A stretch of DNA of 64,000 nt from an uncultured Gemmatimonadales bacterium. GTDB lineage: Bacteria; Gemmatimonadota; Gemmatimonadetes; Palauibacterales; Palauibacteraceae. The DNA lies in the NCBI GenBank assembly GCA_963783385.1, contig CAWANJ010000007.1:32001-96000 (forward strand), in the 5' to 3' direction. Within the stretch, counting starts at the first letter, position 1. Every line of letters begins with the position of its first letter. Made by a program: the position numbers and the translations under genes. Positions 1-8,814 of this stretch are shown here, in pieces. The notes under the pieces are model-generated. The model did no database searches and had not been told where the DNA came from. It saw nothing but the letters and a program-made list of their open reading frames with translations.

Positions 1-366
1 CACCCCGTGCTGGCCTACCAGCTCCTGGCCCCCATCGACTACCTGCAGCCCGCGCTCCACATCCCCTACGCCCACCACGAGAAGTGGGACGGCTCCGGCT
101 ACCCGCGCGGCCTCGCCGGGCGCGAGATCCCGCTCGCCGCCCGCCTGTTCGCCGTGGTGGACGTGTGGGACGCCCTGCGCTCCGACCGCCCCTACCGCGA
201 TGCGTGGAGCCCCGAGAAGACCCTCGAGTACATCCGCGCCGAGTCGGGCCGCCACTTCGACCCGGAGGTCGTGCCGGCCTTCCTGGCCCTGTACGAGGAG
301 GAAGGGCTGGAGGACATGCGGGGCACCAACCACGGCTCCGGGCCCTCGGTGCCGGTGGGGGAATAG
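1..366 (+). CDS. HD-GYP phosphodiesterase, C-terminal part (5' end lies outside the window)
   Basis: HHEKWDGSGYP motif followed by IPLAARLFAVVDVWDALRSDRPYR and HFDPEVV; frame open from base 1. Confidence 0.92.
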   Translation, partial: HPVLAYQLLAPIDYLQPALHIPYAHHEKWDGSGYPRGLAGREIPLAARLFAVVDVWDALRSDRPYRDAWSPEKTLEYIRAESGRHFDPEVVPAFLALYEEEGLEDMRGTNHGSGPSVPVGE

Positions 367-376
367 GGGGCTCGCT

Positions 377-397
377 GGCAGGATTTCGAATCCTGCC
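377..397. terminator. Perfect hairpin GGCAGGATT-TCG-AATCCTGCC after the HD-GYP stop codon
   Basis: 9-bp inverted repeat seen directly; no U-tract, so terminator role is uncertain. Confidence 0.35.
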
Positions 398-512
398 GTA
401 GATTCGCAAAAGCACGGCTGCCGATCCCCGGCCTCAGGAGCCGGATCCTCTGGAGCGGTCGGCGCCCCGCGCAACCCGGCCCGTCGACGGATGGGCCCCG
501 GATGGAGTCGTC

Positions 513-3455
513 ATGCGAGCCCGAACTCTCGCCGCGCTTCCGCTCGTCCTCCTGGTGTCCGTCCATGCACCCCGAGTCCCACGCTTCCGCCGCCACCGGC
601 GGCGTCCGCTTCGGACCACTGTCGTGCGCCGGAGCGCGCCCGACACCGCCTCGGTGGGGCTGGTATTCGACCGGATCGACACGCGCTACCGGTTCCGGGA
701 GGATGGGACGGGCTCGATCACGCGCGAGATGCGCGCCGTCCCCACCAGCCGGGCGGGCGTGACCGCCATCGGCCATATCCCCTTCTACTACGTGGCCGGA
801 CGGCAGCGCTTCGAGCTGAGGCACCTGCGAGTGATCCGGCCCGGTGGCAAGGCGGTCACGGCCGGACCGGAAGCCGTGCACGACGGCACCGCCCCGGTGG
901 CCCAGGAGGCGCCGGTGTTCACGGATGTGCACCTGGCGCACGTGGTCGTGCCCGACCTCCACCCCGGGGACACCGTGGACATCCAGGTGGAGGTCGACAT
1001 CCTGGAGCCGCTGGCGCCCGGTCGCTTCTGGGTGGACATGCCCTTCATCGACCTGTTCCCGGTTCACGGCGAGACCGTGGAGGTCGATGTGCCGTCGTCG
1101 CGCCCCATCCAGTGGTGGAGCGCGGAGGGACGGAAGCCGCGGGTGAGCCACCCGGAGGCGGGACGGACCGTCTACGCCTGGTCCCACTCGAGTCCCGGCC
1201 GGAACCTCGACGCCTCGAACGCGGCCTCCCTGCTCGAGAGCCAGGCCGCTCCATCGATCGAGCTGTCCAGCTTCCCGAGCTGGAAGGCGCTGGCCGCCTG
1301 GTACGGGGCCCTGGCCGACTCGGCGGCGCGTGCCACGCCGGCCGTGAAGGCCCGCGCCCTCGAGCTCGTCCAGGGTGCCACGGACGACCGGGCGAAGGTG
1401 CGCGCCCTGTACCGGTACGTGTCGGGTCGGATCCGCTACGTGAGCCTCCAGCTCGGTCAGGGCGCCTTTCGGCCCCACCCCGCCGACAGCGTCATGATCG
1501 TGGGCTACGGAGACTGCAAGGACCAGGCGGCCCTCCTGGCCTCCCTCCTCGCCGCGGTGGGGATCCATTCCGAGCCCGTGCTGGTCGACACGCGATCCAC
1601 ACGACAGCTGCGGACGTCCGTCCCCTCGCCGGCCCAGTTCGACCACGTGGTCACGGTCGTCCCGCTCGGGAAGGACACCCTGTGGCTGGACCCCACCAGC
1701 GGCGTGGCGCCCCCGGGCTTCCTGCCGACCTCGGTGCGGGGGACCCGGGGGCTCCTGGTCGAGGGCCCGGCCGGCGGCCGCCTGGTCACCGCCCCGTCCA
1801 GGATGCCCTACGCCAACCTCTCCACTCTGGACGTGCGCGGGAGCGTGACCCCGGGCGGCACCCTGGTCGCCACCTTCGACGAGCGCTTCGAGGGTGACGT
1901 CGCCGTGGGCCTCAGGGCCCTCTTCCGCCAGGTGGACGCCTCGCAGCTGGACCACGTGTTCACGGCGGTTCTCTCCAGCATGGGAGTGGGTGGCAAGGCC
2001 TACGAGGGCCGGGTGAGCGATCCCGACTCCACGGACGAGCCCTACTGGATGCACTTCGTGGATAGCGCCGGCTCCTACGTGAAGCTCGACTCGGCGGTGC
2101 GCGACTTCACCCTGCCCATCGAGGGGATCGCCAGGAACGTGCTGGACGACACCGCCGCGAGCGACACCGCCCTGACCCTGGGCGGACCGGCCACCGAGAC
2201 GGACCGGGTGCGCATCACCTTTCCGCGGGGCGTGCGGCCCCGGGCGCCCGCCGGCATACGGTTGGACCGGAGCTGGGCGTCCTACCGGTCCAGCTACCGG
2301 GTCGAGGGCCGAACCCTGGTGGCCGAGCGTACGCTCGAGGTAAAGGCGGCGTCGCTACCCCGAGACAGCGTGCCGGCCCTGAAGGCCTTGGCGGGCGCGG
2401 TGCGCGCCGAGAACCGGCGACCCGTACGGCTCGCGGTGGACCTGCATGAGCTCCCGGCGCCCGATGACGCGCGGATCGCGCCGGGGCTCGTGCGAAGCGC
2501 GGCCCGCGACCTGGCCAATGGTCACTACGTACGCGCTGCCGACGAGGCGCGGCGGGCGGTGGAGGCCGACTCGACCCTGGTATCCGGTTGGTACGACCTG
2601 GCGCAGGCGCTGGACCGCCAGAAGAAGTGGCCCGAAGCGGAGACGGCCGCGCGGCACGCCCTGCGGGCGGCACCCTACCGCCAGTGGATCCGCAACGAGC
2701 TGGGACTGATCCTGCAGAGGAAGGGGGACCTGGCCGGGGCCGACGCCGCCTTCCGCCAGGAGATCCAGCTCTTCCCCCTGGAGTACGCGGCCAACGTGAA
2801 CCTGCTGAACGTGCTGACCATGCGGGGCCGGCTCGACTCGGCGATCGCGCAAGGCCGGCAGACCGTGGCCGTCGCTCCCGACAGCGCTTCGGGCCACAAG
2901 CTCCTGGCGGCCGCCCTCCTCAAGGCGGACAGCACGCGGGCCGCCCTCGGCGAGCTTCGGAAGGCGAACCGCCTGGACCCCTCCGACTCGTGGACCGCCG
3001 GCCAGCTCACCCTCCTTCTCTCCCGCGAGGGCGAGGGGAAGGAGGCCGTCCGGCTGGTTCGGGGGTCCGGCGCGGCCGCCTCCGAGGACCCGATGCGCCG
3101 CGCCGCGGCCGCCGCCGGGCTCGTGCAGGCCGGCACCCCCGACTCGGCCGTGGCCCTGATGCGGCGCGGACTGGCGCGGCACCCCAAGAGCGGCATGTGG
3201 CACTTCGCGACAGCCTGGGTCCTCACCTACATCGGCCGCTACTCGAAGGCGCTCCCGGACGCGCGGGCCGCTGTCCTCCTGGACGGCAAGAAGGCGGAGG
3301 AATGGATGCTCCTGGGCCGGCTGGAGTCCTTCGACAACGACCCGAAGGACGCCCTTCACGCCTACCGGAAGTCCATCGCCATCGATTCCACCGTCCTGAA
3401 GCGCTCCCAGGTCGACCGAGAGATCTACCTCGATCTGAGCGGCAACGGCTCCTGA
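513..3455 (+). CDS. DUF3857 + transglutaminase-like + TPR repeat protein, probably exported
   Basis: Hydrophobic N-terminus; GDCKDQAALL / FDHVVT / WLDPT Cys-His-Asp triad; DLHPGDTV DUF3857-like motif; C-terminal TPR-like helices. Confidence 0.85.
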   Translation: MRARTLAALPLVLLVSVHAPRVPRFRRHRRRPLRTTVVRRSAPDTASVGLVFDRIDTRYRFREDGTGSITREMRAVPTSRAGVTAIGHIPFYYVAGRQRFELRHLRVIRPGGKAVTAGPEAVHDGTAPVAQEAPVFTDVHLAHVVVPDLHPGDTVDIQVEVDILEPLAPGRFWVDMPFIDLFPVHGETVEVDVPSSRPIQWWSAEGRKPRVSHPEAGRTVYAWSHSSPGRNLDASNAASLLESQAAPSIELSSFPSWKALAAWYGALADSAARATPAVKARALELVQGATDDRAKVRALYRYVSGRIRYVSLQLGQGAFRPHPADSVMIVGYGDCKDQAALLASLLAAVGIHSEPVLVDTRSTRQLRTSVPSPAQFDHVVTVVPLGKDTLWLDPTSGVAPPGFLPTSVRGTRGLLVEGPAGGRLVTAPSRMPYANLSTLDVRGSVTPGGTLVATFDERFEGDVAVGLRALFRQVDASQLDHVFTAVLSSMGVGGKAYEGRVSDPDSTDEPYWMHFVDSAGSYVKLDSAVRDFTLPIEGIARNVLDDTAASDTALTLGGPATETDRVRITFPRGVRPRAPAGIRLDRSWASYRSSYRVEGRTLVAERTLEVKAASLPRDSVPALKALAGAVRAENRRPVRLAVDLHELPAPDDARIAPGLVRSAARDLANGHYVRAADEARRAVEADSTLVSGWYDLAQALDRQKKWPEAETAARHALRAAPYRQWIRNELGLILQRKGDLAGADAAFRQEIQLFPLEYAANVNLLNVLTMRGRLDSAIAQGRQTVAVAPDSASGHKLLAAALLKADSTRAALGELRKANRLDPSDSWTAGQLTLLLSREGEGKEAVRLVRGSGAAASEDPMRRAAAAAGLVQAGTPDSAVALMRRGLARHPKSGMWHFATAWVLTYIGRYSKALPDARAAVLLDGKKAEEWMLLGRLESFDNDPKDALHAYRKSIAIDSTVLKRSQVDREIYLDLSGNGS

Positions 3456-3640
3456 TCGGGTGCCCGGCGGAGGCCAGGGCCCGCCACGGCCGCGGGGCCG
3501 AGTGGCCCCGGGCCGTCGCGAAGCGAACGAAACGTCGCGTCCGGGCTGGCGTAGAATCCTCCGATCCATGAAGTTCCGGTCGTGCCGCAAGGGCGCGTTC
3601 CGGTCCGCGGGACGGCCGCGGGGGGATGGAGGGAGGATCG

Positions 3641-3895
3641 ATGCCAGACGGAGCCGGCGACGGTGGGAGCGCGTCCCCGGGTGAGGTGCTGCGGGACGAG
3701 TACATGGCGCCCCGCGGCCTCTCCGGCCCGGAGCTTGCGCGCCGTATCGGCGTCGATCCCGGGCGCATCGAGGCCCTGATCGAGGGGAGCCACGGCGTCA
3801 CGCCGGGCCTGGCCCTCCGTCTGGCCCGCTCGCTGGACACCACGGCCGACTTCTGGATGGACCTCCAGGCCGCGTGGGAGCGCCGGGAGGCCTGA
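3641..3895 (+). CDS. higA: HigA-family antitoxin / Xre HTH protein
   Basis: PGEVLRDEYM...LARRIGV...VTPGLALRLARSLDTTADFWMDLQAAW matches the HigA pattern; GGAGG RBS upstream. Confidence 0.82.
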   Translation: MPDGAGDGGSASPGEVLRDEYMAPRGLSGPELARRIGVDPGRIEALIEGSHGVTPGLALRLARSLDTTADFWMDLQAAWERREA

Positions 3896-3975
3896 CGGGA
3901 TCGAGGGGGCGCCCCCCGGCGGAGGCACCCGCGACGGTTGGCGGCTCCGGACCTGTACGGGACGAGGCTCCGAAC

Positions 3976-4869
3976 ATGATCCCCCTCCCGTTCATCGATC
4001 TCCACTCCCACCTCATCCCGGCCGTCGACGACGGGGCCAGGAACGCGTTCGACGCGCGCGACGCCCTGGCGGTCCTCGCCTCCGACGGCGTGCGGCGCGT
4101 GGTGGCCACCCCGCACGTGCAGGCGTCCATCCTGGCCGACCCGGCCGCCCGCGCCCGCCGCCTGACGGAGCTGGACATGGGCTGGCGCCTCCTGCGCAAC
4201 GTGCGCGAGGAGCTCCCCGAGGACGCGCCGGTCCTCCAGCGGGGGGCGGAGCTCCTCCTGGACGCCCCCGAGCCGGACCTCTCCGACCCCCGCCTCCGCC
4301 TGGCGGGCGGGCCGGCCGTCCTGGTCGAGTTCCCCTTCCTGCGCATCCCCATGTACGCGGAGCGCCAGCTCGCCGGGCTGCTCGACGCGGGCTGGATCCC
4401 GGTGGTGGCGCACATGGAGCGCTACGCGGAGCTGGGCCGCTCGCTGGCGCAGATCGCCCGCTGGCGCGAGCTGGGCGTCGTCCTCCAGGTGAACGCGGGC
4501 TCGCTCCTGGGCCGCTACGGGGCCCGTCCGCGGCGGCGCGCCCGGCACCTGCTCGCGTCGGGCTGGGCCGCCCTCCTGGCCAGCGACTACCACGCCCGCG
4601 GCGGGCCGCCCTCCCTGCGGGAGGCGCGCCGCTTGCTCCTGCGGCAGACCCGCGTGCCGGAGGAGGACGTCGCCGGCGCGGACGGGAGCGGGGATGGGAG
4701 CGGGGATGGGAGCGGGGACGGCGGGCGCGGGAACGTGGGGATCCGCGGGGCGACCCGGCTCCTCATGGGCGAGAACCCCCGCCGGCTGCTGGAGGGCCGC
4801 CGGGTGCTCCCCGTGCCGCCGCTGCGGCGCCGCCCGGTCTGGGCCCGGTGGCTGGGCGGGAGAGGCTGA
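3976..4869 (+). CDS. CpsB/CapC-family (PHP) protein-tyrosine phosphatase
   Basis: IDLHSHLIPAVDDGA, ATPH, AHMERY and ASDYH metal-binding motifs. Confidence 0.9.
   Translation: MIPLPFIDLHSHLIPAVDDGARNAFDARDALAVLASDGVRRVVATPHVQASILADPAARARRLTELDMGWRLLRNVREELPEDAPVLQRGAELLLDAPEPDLSDPRLRLAGGPAVLVEFPFLRIPMYAERQLAGLLDAGWIPVVAHMERYAELGRSLAQIARWRELGVVLQVNAGSLLGRYGARPRRRARHLLASGWAALLASDYHARGGPPSLREARRLLLRQTRVPEEDVAGADGSGDGSGDGSGDGGRGNVGIRGATRLLMGENPRRLLEGRRVLPVPPLRRRPVWARWLGGRG
4681..4722 (+). repeat. In-frame 12-bp tandem repeat (GAYGGGAGCGGG x3.5) encoding DGSG repeats
   Basis: Seen directly inside the CpsB-like CDS. Confidence 0.8.
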
Positions 4870-4971
4870 CAGGCCACGCCGACCCCTCCGGACCTGTGGG
4901 GTCCGGGCAACAGAAGCCCCGTTCCTCTGCGCCTCCCCGGCCCCCGTCCGAACGGCCTCATCTTCCTGTCA

Positions 4972-4977
4972 TATAAT
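4972..4977 (+). promoter_or_regulatory. Possible sigma70 -10 hexamer TATAAT upstream of the ATP-grasp-like gene
   Basis: Perfect TATAAT in a GC-rich intergenic region; no clear -35. Confidence 0.3.
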
Positions 4978-5086
4978 CCCATGGATGCATCCAGGGCGAC
5001 GAGGTATCGGGCTTGCGATTTCCCGGAACCGTTCGCGGGTCCGCAGGCGCGGGCCCCGCCCTCCGCCCCGTCCACGAAGGGTCTCC

Positions 5087-6199
5087 ATGCGCCGAATCGA
5101 GTTCGGGCCCGGTCACGTGCTGCTGGTGCGTCACGGACGGGGCCGCGGCCGCATGTCCCGCTACAACCGGGGGTTCCTCCGCTACGCCCGGCGCGAGCGG
5201 CCCGACCTGTGGGCCCGGCTCCGGCTGCACCTCACCGGGGAGCCGCCGCCCTGCCTGGAGGACGTGCGGGCCGTGGTGTTCTGGGTGGGGGACCCCCTCC
5301 GGGAGATCTATCCCGAGGAGTACCGGGAGTGCGCGGCCGTGGCCGTCCGGGCCCGCGAGCGCGGCATCCCGCTCGTCAACCCGCCCGAGAGCCTCTCCAC
5401 CACCCTGAAGGGTGTCATGGGCCGGATCTGGATGGACGCCGGCCTGCCCACGCCCAGCTGCCGGCGCTTCGGCGACCGGCGCTCCTTCGAGCGGGCGGTG
5501 CGGGAGATGGCGTTCCCGGCCCTGGTCCGGGGCGAGAGCTGCCACGCCCAGGAGGGCCTCCGGCTGTTCGCCGACCGGGAGGAGGCCCTGGCCTGCCCGG
5601 ACGGGGGGCTGCCCTACCCCGGGGTGCTGAGCGGCTTCGTGGACACGCGCGAGGGGTGGCGGCGGCGGGACCCCGAAGCGCTGCCCGCCCGCTACTTCCA
5701 CAAGAAACGGGTGATGGTGTACGGCGACCGGGTCGAGTGCCGGAACTACTACCTGACGCCCGAGCCGATCGTGGGAGACCCGAAGGCGTCCCTGTTCGGG
5801 CCCGCCTTCCAGCGTCCCGGGCCGTCCGCGCGGCTGTTCGGCCCGCCCCCGCTCGTTCGGCAGGCCATCCAGGCGGAGCGGCGGTGGATCGAGTCGGGGC
5901 CCGAGGACGCCGACCTGTTCCGGAAGGCCGTCCGCGTCCTGGGCCTCGGCTTCGCGGCCCTCGACTACGCGACGCCGGCCCCGGGCCGCATCGTCCTGTG
6001 GGAGGCCAACCCGTACCCCTACCTGCCGCCGCCCGACCAGGCCACGCTGTCGGGCCCGCGGGAGCTGGAGGCCCAGGACCGGCGCCACCACGAGGCCATG
6101 GCCGCGTGGCTGTCGGACCTGGCCGGCCTGCGGCTCGCGCCCCCGGCGGCGGACCGGTCGCGTTCGAAGGAGCCGCGTGCCCGGGCGGCGAGCGGCTGA
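5087..6199 (+). CDS. ATP-grasp-fold-like protein of unknown function
   Basis: LVNPPESL...AGLPTP, FPALVR, LGLGFAALDY and VLWEANPYP resemble RimK-type ATP-grasp motifs. Confidence 0.6.
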   Translation: MRRIEFGPGHVLLVRHGRGRGRMSRYNRGFLRYARRERPDLWARLRLHLTGEPPPCLEDVRAVVFWVGDPLREIYPEEYRECAAVAVRARERGIPLVNPPESLSTTLKGVMGRIWMDAGLPTPSCRRFGDRRSFERAVREMAFPALVRGESCHAQEGLRLFADREEALACPDGGLPYPGVLSGFVDTREGWRRRDPEALPARYFHKKRVMVYGDRVECRNYYLTPEPIVGDPKASLFGPAFQRPGPSARLFGPPPLVRQAIQAERRWIESGPEDADLFRKAVRVLGLGFAALDYATPAPGRIVLWEANPYPYLPPPDQATLSGPRELEAQDRRHHEAMAAWLSDLAGLRLAPPAADRSRSKEPRARAASG

Positions 6200-6299
6200 C
6201 CGCCTGCCCGCCCGGATCCGCGCGGCGAGCGCGGCTCGCGCACCGCGTTGACTCTCGCAATCCGAGAGGAAATCCGGCCCCGGGCGCGCGGCGTCCCGG

Positions 6300-6344
6300 G
6301 ATGTCGATAACGTGGCAAGATGTTGATAACACGTAGCTTACGTG
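6300..6344. promoter_or_regulatory. Operator-like site: direct repeat GATGTYGATAAC x2 plus palindrome CACGTA-GCT-TACGTG
   Basis: Repeats at 6300-6311 and 6319-6330; palindrome at 6330-6344; AT-rich island in an intergenic gap. Confidence 0.4.
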
Positions 6345-6535
6345 CCTTCGTAGGCTCTCGGCCACGCTCTTGCACCTCGGCCCGACCGCGACCTGGGGCG
6401 TGCGGTGTCGGCCCCCCGGCCTCCTCTCCGGACCGTTCGTGGGGGCGGCCGCCGCCTCCAGGGCGCACTCCGCGTGGACCGCGGCGTCCGAACGTCGGCG
6501 GACGCGGACCCGAAACGCGACAAGGAGCTCGGACC

Positions 6536-6730
6536 GTGCAGGCAGGAGCGACCGTACGCATAGAGGCTCGCCCGGGCACGCCCCGCCGTGGGCCTTTCAT
6601 GGTGGTGTGGTCCGAGGACCGCACCATCGCCCAGCTGGTCCCCCTCCCCATGCCGGCGGAGGCCCCGACCCCCCGGCCCGATGAGCGCCGCGAGCGGCTG
6701 TTCAGGGTGCTGGAGGTGGCCCGCCGCTAA
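6536..6730 (+). CDS. Small hypothetical protein (64 aa)
   Basis: GTG start with AAGGAG RBS; GC-rich third codon positions. Confidence 0.5.
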   Translation: MQAGATVRIEARPGTPRRGPFMVVWSEDRTIAQLVPLPMPAEAPTPRPDERRERLFRVLEVARR

Positions 6731-6800
6731 CGCGCCGGGTCGGGCCGCCGCGCCGTGCGCACGACCCTCCCGGCGGACCGACCGCCTGCCGGCGATCCGC

Positions 6801-7067
6801 TTACAGGCTGCCGACGATCTCCCGGTACTCCTTCTCCGTGAAGGCCCGGAAGGTCTCGCTCCGGATCGCGCCGCCCTGACCCAGCTTGAGCATGGCGCGT
6901 GCGACCGCGGTCTCGTCCTCCGCCTCGGAGAACGCCACCATGTCGTAGCGGCCCATGGTGAGGTAGAACTCCTCCAACTCCCCGCCTTCCTTGCGGACCA
7001 TGTCCCGCGCCAGGTCCAGGCGCTCGGCGCTCCTGTTCACCGCCTTGATCCCCGCGTCGGTCCAGGA
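6801..7067 (-). pseudogene. GYD-domain protein apparently lacking its first residues
   Basis: SWTDAGIKAVNRSAERL...YLTMGRYDMVAFSEAED...AIRSETFRAF is typical of GYD proteins; an in-frame TGA lies just upstream with no start codon before the WTD motif. Confidence 0.6.
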
Positions 7068-7192
7068 CGGGTCCGGAGCACCGCGGCCTCAAGCCTTCGA
7101 GGATAGAGCATTCGAAGGATGGGGCGCGAGGCCGGACGAGGGGAGAACCGGCCCGCCCGCGCGGGGGCGGAGCGGGTACCTCTTTCCGAGCG

Positions 7193-7251
7193 GATGTCAA
7201 GGAATGGCGAAGGAGTGTCAGTCTTTGGCATTTCTTGACAATCCTTGCCAT
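7193..7251 (+). repeat. Phased TGNCA palindromic element, copy 1
   Basis: GATGTCAAGGAATGGCGAAGGAGTGTCAGTCTTTGGCATTTCTTGACAATCCTTGCCAT; motifs at 7195, 7205, 7216, 7226, 7236, 7246. Confidence 0.85.
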
Positions 7252-7343
7252 CGCCGCGCGAAGATCCCCCGCTGCCCGTGTCCTTCCGCAGGAGGCTGCA
7301 CGCGCTTTCCCGTCCGCCGTGCGTGTCCTATTCTCCTCGTCCC

Positions 7344-8366
<1,023 letters not shown>

Positions 8367-8814
8367 ACCCCCCGAGACACGGACGGCCGATTCCCGCTGG
8401 TTTCCGACGCGATTTGCCCGCTTTATGGCATTTCGGGATGGGGCCGGCGGAGGCTTCGGGGCGTCGGCCCCCGAGAACACGGGCCACCGGCCGGACCGAG
8501 GCCCTCGGCGCGCGGGCAAGGTCCTTGCCCTAAGGGAGTAGACCGATCCCGACGCGGACTGTTGTACAGGAGCGACGACAGGGCTATTATGGGTCGTCCT
8601 GCCAGTCCGCCGTACACACGGCAATCGATATGCGATCACAGTTCGGAGCACAGGCCCCCCCGGGCCGGGCATCCGGCGGACGGGGGACGCCTTCCAGGAC
8701 GCTCGGTTCCCGGCTACAGCATCCACCGGCATCAATGTCGGTCTGGGCGTGCCAGCCCGGACGGACCGGCGTGATGGCCGTGCGCACCCAGTTGAAGCCA
8801 GCGAGGTCTCGACG

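Noticed and set aside
377-397. tRNA T-arm-like GCAGGATTTCGAATCCTGCC (tRNA or att remnant)
   Set aside because: Two extra bases versus GGTTCGAATCC; no D-arm, anticodon arm, acceptor stem or CCA; no integrase nearby. It is simply a perfect hairpin.
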